From: Chthoniobacterales bacterium
GTDB taxonomy: Bacteria > Verrucomicrobiota > Verrucomicrobiia > Chthoniobacterales > Chthoniobacteraceae
Length of the DNA stretch: 64,000 bases
NCBI GenBank assembly: GCA_038207335.1
Contig: JBBQZX010000002.1
Span: forward strand, 64,001 to 128,000
Direction: 5' to 3'
Each line of letters begins with the position of its first letter. Within the stretch, counting starts at the first letter, position 1. The notes under the pieces were generated by a model. It was given only the letters and a program-made list of their open reading frames with translations. It was not told the origin of the DNA and did no database searches. This document shows positions 1 to 9,250 of the stretch, piece after piece. A program made the translations under genes and the position numbers.

Positions 1-174
1 GATCATGGTAAGCGCTCCGACGCCCGAGCGCGCAAGCGCCTCCACAACCCACGACCCCACGCCTCCAACCCCGATCACGCAAACATGCGCCGCCCGCAGC
101 CGCGCAAGGCCCGCGCTCCCGAAAAGCCGCGCGACCCCGCCGAACCGCGCCTTAAAATCCTCCTCCGCAGTCAC
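1..174 (-). CDS. tcdA: tRNA threonylcarbamoyladenosine dehydratase (ThiF/E1-like family), 5' part; runs off the window
   Basis: Not in the ORF track. Manual translation from GTG at 174: MTAEEDFKARFGGVARLFGSAGLARLRAAHVCVIGVGGVGSWVVEALARSGVGALTMI, the typical TcdA/CsdL N-terminus with GxGGVG. Start overlaps the upstream stop (GTGA). Confidence 0.88.
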   Translation of the reverse strand, partial: MTAEEDFKARFGGVARLFGSAGLARLRAAHVCVIGVGGVGSWVVEALARSGVGALTMI

Positions 175-974
175 GCCTCCGGATCCGCCGCGACGTATGC
201 CTCCAGCGCCTCGCGCGTAATCGTGTGCCGCGCGCCGCACCGCGGGCAGCTCATCCGCAGAGATGGCTCATTTTCAAACAATCCTTCCGCATCCCTCCGC
301 ATGATCGGTGCGAGCACCGCAAACATCCGCGCCTGCGTGCAGCCGCACTCCCAACGGTAACGCCGCGTCTCCAGCAGGCTCAGCGTCTCGCTCGCATCGA
401 GTTCGCGAATCCGCGCGTCATCGAGTGATTCCAGCCACTCCAAGTCGCACCCCGGCTGAGCCGTGAGCATGATGAAATCCTCCTCGCCGTGCCGGAAATA
501 TCGAGCCGGCCGCTGCTCACTTTGCCGGTAAAACTCCTCCACGATTCCAAACGGATCGCTCCCCGAAAAATCGACCGCGCTCCGTCGCGCCTCCGCACGT
601 CCATCGACCACATCGGCAAGGAAAAGATTGCGCCCATCGTCCCTCACATTCTCCGTGAAAATCTGTCCGACCACTGCCTCGCGCCCATTGTCCCCCGCGA
701 CGAAAAGATTCAGCAGCGGATCGGTAAAATGGATCGTCCACGCCCAGGATTCGTTCCGCGGACGCGAGGCGCAGTGCAGCGTCATCGCCGCGAGCGCCTC
801 CTTCAGCATCCCATCGTGACTCGGCGTGTGCTGATACCCGTGCTGTCCCTGATGCAGATAGTAATCGACATACAGCTCGCCGAAATCCGCGCGCGCCAGC
901 AGGGCATTCCGACCGCGGACAAAGTATGTCCGCACCTCGATTCCTTCGGGTTCATTCGTCGGGTCGGGTGTCAT
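171..974 (-). CDS. hslO: Hsp33-family redox-regulated chaperone
   Basis: 267 aa; C-terminal Zn motif W-E-C-G-C...C-P-R-C and FYRQSEQRP matching the Hsp33 Y..QSEQ.P motif. Confidence 0.75.
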   Translation of the reverse strand: MTPDPTNEPEGIEVRTYFVRGRNALLARADFGELYVDYYLHQGQHGYQHTPSHDGMLKEALAAMTLHCASRPRNESWAWTIHFTDPLLNLFVAGDNGREAVVGQIFTENVRDDGRNLFLADVVDGRAEARRSAVDFSGSDPFGIVEEFYRQSEQRPARYFRHGEEDFIMLTAQPGCDLEWLESLDDARIRELDASETLSLLETRRYRWECGCTQARMFAVLAPIMRRDAEGLFENEPSLRMSCPRCGARHTITREALEAYVAADPEA

Positions 975-1441
975 TTATTCCAGCGCTGGAAAGGATTCGC
1001 GAGCAAGTTGGAGTTAAAATAACGCGGATCGCTCGTCACTTCCACCCCGACCCATTCGGGCAATTCCACCTGCTGATCTTCGCGCTCCAACTCGACCTCC
1101 GCGACCACGAGTCCCGCATTTTCCCCGAGAAATTCATCCACCTCCCAAGTCACATTTCCCATCGCGATCCGCGAACGCCGCTTCTCCATCTGAGGCTGAA
1201 TGCACAGCGTCTCCAGCATCTCCACGGCATCCTCGTGCGGGACCTCGACTTCGTATTCGCTCCGCACGATCCCAGTCGTGCGCCCCTTTACGGTGAGCCA
1301 CGCGCACCCGCCCGCCGTGCGCACGCGCACAACACATCGCGGCTCCCGCGCGAGATATCCCTGCCGGATGAGCACGGGCTCCGCCAGCCCCCGCCAGCCA
1401 TCGCCGACCACGAGGAATTTGCGTTCGATTTCCAGCGCCAT
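971..1441 (-). CDS. CYTH domain protein (triphosphate tunnel metalloenzyme)
   Basis: N-terminal EIERKFLV (ExExK), IRQGYL, VRVR, LTVKG, WEVDEF, VAEVEL, DPRYFNSNL. Confidence 0.92.
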   Translation of the reverse strand: MALEIERKFLVVGDGWRGLAEPVLIRQGYLAREPRCVVRVRTAGGCAWLTVKGRTTGIVRSEYEVEVPHEDAVEMLETLCIQPQMEKRRSRIAMGNVTWEVDEFLGENAGLVVAEVELEREDQQVELPEWVGVEVTSDPRYFNSNLLANPFQRWNK

Positions 1442-1447
1442 CCGACC

Positions 1448-2554
1448 TCACTTCACCATCGAGCGTCCGAGCACTTTCAAAATTGCGCGCTTCACCTCCA
1501 TCGCGTCGATCGCACCTTCCTGTTTGTAGAGCACTTCGCCTTTCGCGCCGAACAGCACGGTGTACGGCAGCGCGCCGCTCCACGATTTGTCGAACGCCTC
1601 GATGAGCTTGTATTTATCAGTGCTCCCGAAGATCAGATTCCGATTCGAGGCCTGCTGTTTCGTCAGAAATTTCAGAGCCTCTGCCTTCTCGTCCGGGTAA
1701 TTCGCTGACACGCTCACGAACTCGAAATCCCGACGCCGATACATGCGATTGATCTCCACGAGATCTGGAAATTCCGTCACGCACGGCCCGCACCAGGTCG
1801 CCCAAAAGTTCACGAGCCGCACCTTGCTTCCCTCCCCTTTTTTCAGCTCATCGAGCCCAGCCGCATCGACCGGTTCGAGCGTCACTGGTTCCTTCGCAAG
1901 CTTCTCCATGAACGCCTTCACCAGCTCCTCCTTGCCCGCCCATTTCGTCGAGCAGCCAAAAGATTTCGTCTGCGCGACCTCCGGCTCTTTGCCAGCGACC
2001 AGCGCATCGAGCGCCTCACGCAGGTCCTGCTTTTTCGCGAAAGTCTCGCGCTCGCTGTCGTCGATGCGCCCGACATATCGCAGCTTCCTCGCGGCATCGA
2101 AGACAAACGCATGAGGCGTCACCGCCGGCCCGTATGCCTGCGAGACGCGCTCCGTTTCGCCGTCGTAGAGGTAGGGGAAATTGAACGCCTTTTCCTTGGC
2201 GCGAGTTTTCATCTCATCGAACGAGTCGCCCAAATCGGTGTAGCCGAGTTCGTCGAGTCGCACGGATTTCGGATCGTTCGGCATGATCGCCACGACCGCG
2301 ACGCCCTTCGCCTTGTAGTCCTCGACGATCGCCTTCATCCGCTCCTCATACGCCTGCGCCGTCGGGCAATGGTTGCACGTGAAGACCACGACGAGCGCCT
2401 TCGCATCCGCGAAATCTTTCAGCGACCAATCACGCCCATCGACCCCCGGCAGCGTGAAATCCGGCGCAGGCGACCCGACCGCGAGCGTCGGGAATTCAGC
2501 GGCAAACGCGCCCGCGCCGCAAAGCGCGAGAAGGCAGAGGAGGAGGGCTTTCAT
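1448..2554 (-). CDS. Exported two-domain redoxin (AhpC/TSA-like domain + TlpA-like thioredoxin domain)
   Basis: Signal peptide MKALLLCLLALCGAGAFA. Domain 1 APDFTLPG...FTCNHCP...GCSTKW; domain 2 NFWATWCGPC. Start moved to ATG 2554. Confidence 0.85.
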   Translation of the reverse strand: MKALLLCLLALCGAGAFAAEFPTLAVGSPAPDFTLPGVDGRDWSLKDFADAKALVVVFTCNHCPTAQAYEERMKAIVEDYKAKGVAVVAIMPNDPKSVRLDELGYTDLGDSFDEMKTRAKEKAFNFPYLYDGETERVSQAYGPAVTPHAFVFDAARKLRYVGRIDDSERETFAKKQDLREALDALVAGKEPEVAQTKSFGCSTKWAGKEELVKAFMEKLAKEPVTLEPVDAAGLDELKKGEGSKVRLVNFWATWCGPCVTEFPDLVEINRMYRRRDFEFVSVSANYPDEKAEALKFLTKQQASNRNLIFGSTDKYKLIEAFDKSWSGALPYTVLFGAKGEVLYKQEGAIDAMEVKRAILKVLGRSMVK

Positions 2555-2670
2555 TTGGTGGAAAGGCAACGGGATTACAGGTGGAAGTCAATGCGAGCGG
2601 CAAAGTCATCCGGCCGCTCGCCGCTTGCGCACACGGCTCGGCGCTGGTTTCTTGCACGCACCTCCGCCGC

Positions 2671-2997
2671 ATGAAGATCGTTACCTACCTCCTCCTCGGC
2701 GCGTTGATTTTCGCGATCTTTCGCACAAACCACAGCCTCAAGTCGTGCCAGACCGAGCGCGAGCGAACATTCGTCATTCGCACGAATGCAGCGGTCTGGC
2801 TCGGCGGCTTTTTATTCCTTCTCGCTTTCATCATCCTGCCGAACAAAGCGCGCGCGTTAATGATGTTGCCCGCGCTTTTCATCGCGCTGAGCATCGCCAA
2901 ATCGTGGCGCGACTCCCGTGCCAGATTGCGCCGCGAGCAGCAGGAGCGCGTCGATCTGGAACGGATGAAACGCGTGCATTCGCCTCGCATTTTTTGA
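2671..2997 (+). CDS. Small membrane protein, about three TM segments, unknown function
   Basis: ATG 2671; three hydrophobic stretches and a charged C-terminal tail; fills the gap upstream of msrB. Confidence 0.7.
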   Translation: MKIVTYLLLGALIFAIFRTNHSLKSCQTERERTFVIRTNAAVWLGGFLFLLAFIILPNKARALMMLPALFIALSIAKSWRDSRARLRREQQERVDLERMKRVHSPRIF

Positions 2998-3029
2998 AAT
3001 AAAGCGCGCTGCTTGCGGCTCATGTCTCG

Positions 3030-3581
3030 GTGAACATCGCTGCCAAAACTGCTGCACTTTTTCTCGCCGCGCTCGGAGCCGCCGGCTGCCACGCCGAGAG
3101 CCCGAGACCGCAGCCCTACGCCGGCGGAAAACCAAAAGACCTCACGAAAATGGACGACTCCGAACTCCGCAAACAACTCACTCCCGAGCAATACCACGTC
3201 ACCCGCGAAAACGGCACCGAACCCGCGTTTCGTAACGAATACTGGGACAACCACGCGGCGGGAATTTACGTCGATGTCATCAGCGGCGAGCCGCTTTTCT
3301 CCTCCACCGCCAAATTTGAATCCGGCACCGGCTGGCCGAGTTTTTGGGAGCCGATCAAGAAGGAAGCCGTCGCGACGAAAGACGACAAAACGCTCTGGAT
3401 GACGCGCACGGAAGCGCGCGGAGCATCGAGCGACGCGCATCTCGGCCACGTCTTCCCCGATGGCCCAAAGCCGACAGGACTCCGCTACTGCATCAATTCC
3501 GCCGCGTTGAAATTTGTGCCGCTGGACAAGTTGAGAGAGGCCGGTCTCGAGCAATATCTGCCGCTTTTCGAGAAGAAATAG
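3030..3581 (+). CDS. msrB: Peptide-methionine (R)-S-oxide reductase MsrB, exported (probable lipoprotein)
   Basis: [45 protein letters not shown]-terminal hydrophobic stretch ending AAGC. Confidence 0.95.
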   Translation: MNIAAKTAALFLAALGAAGCHAESPRPQPYAGGKPKDLTKMDDSELRKQLTPEQYHVTRENGTEPAFRNEYWDNHAAGIYVDVISGEPLFSSTAKFESGTGWPSFWEPIKKEAVATKDDKTLWMTRTEARGASSDAHLGHVFPDGPKPTGLRYCINSAALKFVPLDKLREAGLEQYLPLFEKK

Positions 3582-3601
3582 CACCATCGAAATCTTCGGT
3601 T

Positions 3602-3707
3602 GTAGCCGGGATCGCTGATCCCGACAGGCCTGAGCGGCAGCCACTGCGCTCAAGTTTTCATGGATTCTACGTGCTCGCTCCGCGCCGGGATCGGCAATGC
3701 CGACTAC
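3602..3707. repeat. Inverted pair of GTAG-type REP-like palindromes (REPIN-like)
   Basis: GTAGCCGGGATCGCTGATCCCGAC (3602-3625) and the reverse complement of 3684-3707, GTAGTCGGCATTGCCGATCCCGGC, match at 19/24. Each is a hairpin preceded by GTAG. Confidence 0.7.
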
Positions 3708-3857
3708 GGTGCATCCCTGGGCGCGACGGAGTTTTCAGGGCCGCAGCCGATGCGAGGCACGAAATCTTCTCACGATGGCAACGATGCCCGCCAAATCTTC
3801 ATTTCATTTCATCACGAGCGCGATTGCAGGCGCGCGAGCGTGTGGAAAATTGTCGCC

Positions 3858-4997
3858 ATGAAATTCGCGCTCATTTCAGCCGTCTGCGCGGTCGCCGGTT
3901 TGCAGGGTGCGCGCGGCGCGGATTGGCCACTGACTCGCTTCGACGGGCGCGATTACGTTTCCCTAGAGAGCATCGCCACGTTTTATGGCTTCCCGGTGCC
4001 GCCAGTGATCAGCCAGTCGCCGGGAGCGGCGATCCCGGTTACAGCCTCGCCGCAGACTGCTGAGACGCCGGCGGCACCGACTCCGCCGTTACCAGCCACG
4101 GTTTCGTTGGACTCAGACAAGGCGCAGATGGAGCTCGGCCTGAACAGTCGCGAGATCGCGATCAATGGCGCAAAGCAGTGGCTCGCGTTTCCGACACATG
4201 TGCAGGATGGGCATGTCTTCGTCGCGCGGCTCGATCTTTCCAAGATCATCGAGCCGGGACTGCGCCCGGAGCGCATCCAAGGCCTTCAGCCGATCACAAC
4301 CATCGTGCTCGATCCCGGACACGGCGGGCAGGACAAAGGCGCAGTCTCGCGATACGGATACGAGAAAGATTTTGCGCTCGATGTCGCGTTGCGTGCTCGG
4401 GATTTTTTGCAAAAGCGCGGCTACCGAGTCGCAATGACGCGCTCCACCGATATTTTCATCCCACTCGATGAGCGTCCGAAGCTCGCGAAATCGCTGCCGG
4501 ATTCGATCTTCGTCAGCATCCATTTCAACGCGTCCGACGCAAATCACGACGCGCGCGGATTCGAAATTTTCTCGATGGCTCCGCGTGGCGCGCCGGCCAC
4601 GAACGACAACACATTCAGCGCGCGCCTGCTCCGCGAAGAGCCCGGAAACGCGAACGAAATTCCGAGTGCCGCGCTGGCAGGCGCCATCTACCACTCGCTG
4701 CTGGGCCATGTTCCGACGGTTGATCGCGGGCTGAAACACGCGCGCTTCGCCGTGCTGCGGCTCTCCACGGTGCCTGCAGTTTTGGTTGAATGCGGCTTTG
4801 TCACGAATGTGCCGGAGAGCGCGCAAATCGGTTCGCCCGCGTGGCGCGCTCGCGTAGCCGAGGCCATCGTGGACGGGATCGATGGCTACAAGGATTTGGC
4901 GGTGAACAAGCAGGCACCCAAGATCATCGCCGACTACCGCCGCGCCGCGACAAGCGGGCCAGCGTTACGGGAATTGCTCACGCCTGCGACGCCGTAA
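3858..4997 (+). CDS. N-acetylmuramoyl-L-alanine amidase (Amidase_3)
   Basis: IVLDPGHGG, EKDFAL, FVSIHFN, PAVLVECGF; signal peptide from ATG 3858 (MKFALISAVCAVAG). Confidence 0.93.
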   Translation: MKFALISAVCAVAGLQGARGADWPLTRFDGRDYVSLESIATFYGFPVPPVISQSPGAAIPVTASPQTAETPAAPTPPLPATVSLDSDKAQMELGLNSREIAINGAKQWLAFPTHVQDGHVFVARLDLSKIIEPGLRPERIQGLQPITTIVLDPGHGGQDKGAVSRYGYEKDFALDVALRARDFLQKRGYRVAMTRSTDIFIPLDERPKLAKSLPDSIFVSIHFNASDANHDARGFEIFSMAPRGAPATNDNTFSARLLREEPGNANEIPSAALAGAIYHSLLGHVPTVDRGLKHARFAVLRLSTVPAVLVECGFVTNVPESAQIGSPAWRARVAEAIVDGIDGYKDLAVNKQAPKIIADYRRAATSGPALRELLTPATP

Positions 4998-5024
4998 CGC
5001 CCTGCGTGCGCGACTCTTCTCCGC

Positions 5025-5063
5025 AGAGCGCGCCTTCTTGCGCGGGAGAGCGCGCCTTCTTGC
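5025..5063. repeat. Tandem direct repeat, 17-nt identical core with 22-nt period
   Basis: AGAGCGCGCCTTCTTGC at 5025-5041 and 5047-5063, between convergent genes. Confidence 0.8.
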
Positions 5064-5097
5064 ACGGCTTCGCCTCCCCTCACCCAAACCGCGCGAA

Positions 5098-7344
5098 CTA
5101 CGCCATCGCGCGGGCGATGGTGCTCCACCAAGCGTCGTGGAGGGCGGCCAACGGCCAGTGGAGTTCGGTGCCCGCGATATTGATTTTCAAATCGCGTCCG
5201 CCAACCACGCCGATGCGGCTCGCGGGGACTCCGCGCCATTCGCATAGCGCGAGGACGGATGCGGCATTTGTCGGCGCGACGCTGATCACGATGCGAGACT
5301 GGCTTTCATTGAAGAGCGCGACCTCGGCGCTGACAGAAACATCGAGTGCGATATCCGCGCCAATCTGCTGCTCCCCGCCGCTGATGCAGCTCTCCGCCAG
5401 CGTCACGGCGATTCCGCCTTCGCTGCAATCGTGCGCGCTTTTCACGAGCCGCGATTTGATGAGCGAGCGCACCGCGTCTTGAACTGCGATTTCTTTCGCA
5501 AAATCCAGTCGCGGCGGCGCGCCGATTTTTTTGCCGTGAACGACTTTCAGAAAATGCGATGCGCCGAGTTCGTCGCCGGGCTCGCCGACCAAAATGATGA
5601 CGTCGCCCGCGATTTTGAAATGCGAAGTGGTGACGTGTTTTTCGTCGTCGATGAGGCCGACCATTCCGACCGTTGGCGTCGGGTCGATCGCGCCCGCGGG
5701 GCTTTGGTTGTAGAGGGAGACGTTGCCGCCGGTGACCGGCACATCGAACGCGCGGCAGCCTTCCGCAAGCCCCTCGACCGACTCGCGCAGCTGCCAGAAA
5801 TTCTCGGGATTGTACGGGTTGCCGAAGTTCAAATTGTCCGTGACTGCGAGAGGGCTCGCGCCGCTGCAAGCTAGATTCCTCGCGGCTTCCGCGATCGCGA
5901 TGCGCGCGCCCTGGCGCGGATCAGCGGCGCAATAGAGCGCGTTGCAATCTGTCGTCGCGGCCACAATTTTTCCCGCCTCGCGGATGAGGAAAACCGCGGC
6001 GTCGCTGCCGGGCAGAACCATCGTGCCGGCGCGCACCATGTGGTCGTATTGGCGATACACCCAGTTCTTCGAGGCGATGGTCGGATCGGCCAAAAGCGCG
6101 AGGAGAGAATCGACCGCGGATTGCGCGGAGGACGCGGATTTTGAACTCAAAAAATCCGCGACATCGGCGACATCCGCGGTCTTCTTTGCCTTTGCCTCGC
6201 GCTCGTAAAGCGGCGCGTCGTCGGCGAGTTTTGCGGCAGGGATTTCGGCGATGAGTGCGCCGTGGTTCAGCACGCGCATCATGCCGTCGTCCTTCACCAC
6301 GCCCACCTCTGCGTACGGCAGGTCCCACTTTTCAAAGATGTCCACGACCGTCTGCTCATGCCCTTTTTTTACGATGATGAGCATCCGCTCCTGCGACTCG
6401 CTCAGCATGATTTCATACGGCGTCATACCCGTCTCGCGCTGCGGCACTTTCGCGAGATCGATCTCGACTCCCGTGCCGCCGCGGCTCGCGGTTTCGCACG
6501 TCGAGCAGGTCAGCCCGGCGGCGCCCATGTCCTGGATTCCGGCCACGGCATCGGTCGCGAGTAATTCGAGGCACGCCTCAAGCAGCAGTTTCTCGCGGAA
6601 TGGATCGCCGACCTGCACAGCGGGGCGATCCTCCTTCGACTCCTCGGTCAGATCGCGCGACGCAAACGCCGCGCCCGCGAGCCCGTCGCGGCCCGTTTCC
6701 GCGCCGACGTAGAAGACCGGATTTCCGATGCCTCGCGCCGCGCCCCGCGCAATCTGCTCGTGCCGCAGGACGCCGAGATTCAGGACGTTAACGAGCGGGT
6801 TGCCGTTGTAACTTTCGTCGAAATAAATCTCCCCGCCGATCGTCGGGATGCCGATGCAATTCCCGTAATGCGCGATGCCGGAGACGACGCCAGCGAAGAG
6901 CCGGCGATTCGTTTTTTGCTCGGCTGAATCGCCGTGAATCGGGCCGAAGCGCAGCGAATTCATCGAGAAGACCGGGCGCGCTCCCATCGTGAAAATGTCG
7001 CGGATGATGCCGCCGACGCCAGTCGCAGCTCCCTGGAATGGCTCGACTGCGCTCGGATGGTTGTGGCTCTCCATTTTGAACGCGACCGCCCAGCCGTCGC
7101 CGATGTCGATGACCCCTGCATTTTCCTCGCCCGCTTTCACCAGCACGCGCGGGCCCGTCGTCGGGAATTTTCGCAACTCCCCTTTCGAGTTTTTGTAGCT
7201 GCAGTGCTCGCTCCACATCACGGAAAAGATGCCGAGTTCGGTGAAATTCGGATCGCGTCCGAGGATTGCCTGGATACGCGTGAATTCCTCCGGCGTGATT
7301 CCGTGCTTCGCGATGAGTGCGGGTGTGATGGGAGGCTCGATCAT
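5098..7344 (-). CDS. purL: Phosphoribosylformylglycinamidine synthase subunit PurL (small type)
   Basis: [65 protein letters not shown]. Start set at ATG 7344 (MIEPPIT). Confidence 0.97.
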   Translation of the reverse strand: MIEPPITPALIAKHGITPEEFTRIQAILGRDPNFTELGIFSVMWSEHCSYKNSKGELRKFPTTGPRVLVKAGEENAGVIDIGDGWAVAFKMESHNHPSAVEPFQGAATGVGGIIRDIFTMGARPVFSMNSLRFGPIHGDSAEQKTNRRLFAGVVSGIAHYGNCIGIPTIGGEIYFDESYNGNPLVNVLNLGVLRHEQIARGAARGIGNPVFYVGAETGRDGLAGAAFASRDLTEESKEDRPAVQVGDPFREKLLLEACLELLATDAVAGIQDMGAAGLTCSTCETASRGGTGVEIDLAKVPQRETGMTPYEIMLSESQERMLIIVKKGHEQTVVDIFEKWDLPYAEVGVVKDDGMMRVLNHGALIAEIPAAKLADDAPLYEREAKAKKTADVADVADFLSSKSASSAQSAVDSLLALLADPTIASKNWVYRQYDHMVRAGTMVLPGSDAAVFLIREAGKIVAATTDCNALYCAADPRQGARIAIAEAARNLACSGASPLAVTDNLNFGNPYNPENFWQLRESVEGLAEGCRAFDVPVTGGNVSLYNQSPAGAIDPTPTVGMVGLIDDEKHVTTSHFKIAGDVIILVGEPGDELGASHFLKVVHGKKIGAPPRLDFAKEIAVQDAVRSLIKSRLVKSAHDCSEGGIAVTLAESCISGGEQQIGADIALDVSVSAEVALFNESQSRIVISVAPTNAASVLALCEWRGVPASRIGVVGGRDLKINIAGTELHWPLAALHDAWWSTIARAMA
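6112..6181. repeat. Palindromic element with 9-nt internal period, inside the purL reading frame
   Basis: GACCGCGGAT-TGCGCGGAG-GACGCGGAT-TTT / AAA-ATCCGCGAC-ATCGGCGAC-ATCCGCGGTC imperfect inverted repeat. Confidence 0.8.
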
Positions 7345-7467
7345 AAAAAAGGAGCGCGGAGCGTATTCGTGCGGCGGGAGCAATTCCAAGCGGCGATCGC
7401 GCGAAATTGCGGCGAAAAACCTGGAATTTTCACGTCTCCTCAATACGCTCTGCGGCACCCAAACCAC

Positions 7468-8088
7468 ATGCCCGATCCCATCCGTCACGACGACCAAATG
7501 CTCGACCTCCCCGACGATGAATCGCTCGGCGGAGAACACCTGGATTCGCAGGTTCAAAAGGCGCAGGAGCAGCTTTTCGCGCTCAAGCGGCAGCAGGAAC
7601 AGATCGAGAAACAGAAGCGCGAACTCGAGGAACTCAGCCGCCGGCAGGATCAGCTCCAAGAGGGAAAAGCGGAAATGGTCGAGAAATTCGAGCGCGCCCT
7701 CGTTGTGCTCGAGCGCGAGACGTACGATGCGCAGAAGCGGGTCGAGCAATTGCACTCGGTGCACGATTCGTTTCACCAGCATCTCGACGTCATGGAGTCG
7801 ATCAATCCGAAGGCGTGGGAGGGCCTCGACATGGGCAAGGAACTCACACGCGCGCTCAGCGCAATCGACGACGCGCGCGCGGAATACGGTCGTTCGCTGC
7901 CGAAAATTAGCACGGCCTCCGACGGGGAATCAGACCCGGTCGCGGCGTCGGCTGGATACCAGTTGGACTACCGCGCGGAGGGCGTGAAGGACTTCAACTA
8001 CTGGCTGAAAGCGGGCTTCGCATTCACCCTGCCGCTCTTCGGCATCGGTGTCATCCTCGTCATCGTCATCATCTCCGCGCTGAAATAA
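7468..8088 (+). CDS. Hypothetical coiled-coil protein with C-terminal TM anchor
   Basis: ATG 7468; E/Q/K/R heptad-rich body and terminal hydrophobic helix ([22 protein letters not shown]). Confidence 0.8.
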   Translation: MPDPIRHDDQMLDLPDDESLGGEHLDSQVQKAQEQLFALKRQQEQIEKQKRELEELSRRQDQLQEGKAEMVEKFERALVVLERETYDAQKRVEQLHSVHDSFHQHLDVMESINPKAWEGLDMGKELTRALSAIDDARAEYGRSLPKISTASDGESDPVAASAGYQLDYRAEGVKDFNYWLKAGFAFTLPLFGIGVILVIVIISALK

Positions 8089-8093
8089 TTCCC

Positions 8094-8471
8094 ATGGCCA
8101 CGAAACGGAAACCCGCAGCAAAGCTCGACTCGATGTTAGACGCGAAAAAGCGCGCGCTCGCCGAGATGCAGGCGAAAAACGAGGTCGCGATCGCCAAGCG
8201 GCAGAAGCTCATCGACGACGCGCCGCGACGCGCTGAGGAGGTGGCGAAAAGGCGGCGTGAGGCGCTCATTGCTCGTCGCGTGCGGACAGAGGCGCGCTTC
8301 AATCCAGTCGTGATCCACGATCCGCGGCACACCTATACCGCCGAGCCGATGGTGCCCGCGCGCCGCTTGCGAAAGCATCGCAATCAGGGGATGTATCAGT
8401 TCTTTGCCCTCTGCCTCATCCTCGCGGCGGTCGTCTGCTGGCTCTATTTCAAATACATCCGAATCCAATGA
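8094..8471 (+). CDS. Hypothetical basic coiled-coil protein with C-terminal TM anchor
   Basis: 125 aa, 5 nt after the previous stop; C-terminal FFALCLILAAVVCWLYF; ATGA overlap with the next gene. Confidence 0.8.
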   Translation: MATKRKPAAKLDSMLDAKKRALAEMQAKNEVAIAKRQKLIDDAPRRAEEVAKRRREALIARRVRTEARFNPVVIHDPRHTYTAEPMVPARRLRKHRNQGMYQFFALCLILAAVVCWLYFKYIRIQ

Positions 8472-8896
8472 AAACGCTCGCTCTTCGCGCCGGCTCGCTT
8501 GCGGCGAAAATCACGCTTGATGATTCCGGCGCTCTCAGCGCCGTCGAATTGCCTGCGGAAATTCCCGCCGACTTCGACGCAGCGGCCCTCGCCGATTTTG
8601 CCGCGCAACTCGACGCGCTGCCGCTCGCGCCGGATCGTGGCGGGCCGTTCGTCCAAAAGGTGCGCGCCCGGATGCGACAGATTCCACGCGGTTCGGCGAT
8701 GACCTATGGCGAGCTCGCGGCAGCCGTCGGCAGCCCGCGCGCCGCGCGGGCAGTCGGCCAGGCGTGCGCGACGAACCCGCTGCTGGTCGCCGTACCATGC
8801 CACCGCGTCGTGGCGGAAAATGGGCTCGGCGGTTTCGCACTCGGGCTGGACTGGAAACGCAAATTGCTGGAACTCGAAACCGAAGCGGCGGCGTGA
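8468..8896 (+). CDS. ogt: Methylated-DNA--protein-cysteine S-methyltransferase
   Basis: TYGELA, ARAVGQACATNP, active site PCHRV, GLGGF, KRKLLELE. Confidence 0.92.
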   Translation: MKTLALRAGSLAAKITLDDSGALSAVELPAEIPADFDAAALADFAAQLDALPLAPDRGGPFVQKVRARMRQIPRGSAMTYGELAAAVGSPRAARAVGQACATNPLLVAVPCHRVVAENGLGGFALGLDWKRKLLELETEAAA

Positions 8897-8962
8897 ACTC
8901 GGGGATTTGAACTCCCCAACCGCTTTCTTGGCGTTCCGGCGTCTTGGCGGTTAGATCAAAAC

Positions 8963-9247
8963 ATGACCGCCGATTTCGACGTCCGATACACCGCGCAGCT
9001 TGCGCGGCTGAGCCTCAGCGAGGCGGAAATTGCGACTTTTCAGGCGCAGCTCTCGCAGGTGCTCGAGTTTGTGGAGAAGCTGAGCCAGGTCGATGTCAGC
9101 GGCGTCGAGCCGACGGCGCACACTAACCCGATTTTCAACGTCTTGCGCAGCGACGAGCCGCGCGACTGGTTCACCCCGGAAGTGGCTCTGGCAAATGCGC
9201 CGCGGCAGGCGAGCCAGCTTTTCATTGTGCCTAGAGTCATCGAATAG
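8963..9247 (+). CDS. gatC: Asp/Glu-tRNA amidotransferase subunit C
   Basis: AQLARL, VDVSGVEPT, ALANAP, FIVPRVIE; directly upstream of gatA. Confidence 0.95.
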   Translation: MTADFDVRYTAQLARLSLSEAEIATFQAQLSQVLEFVEKLSQVDVSGVEPTAHTNPIFNVLRSDEPRDWFTPEVALANAPRQASQLFIVPRVIE

Positions 9248-9250
9248 CGG

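Noticed and set aside
7345..7782. 146-aa N-terminal extension of PurL in the ORF track
   Set aside because: Antisense to the coiled-coil gene at 7468; PurL similarity starts at MIEPP (7344).
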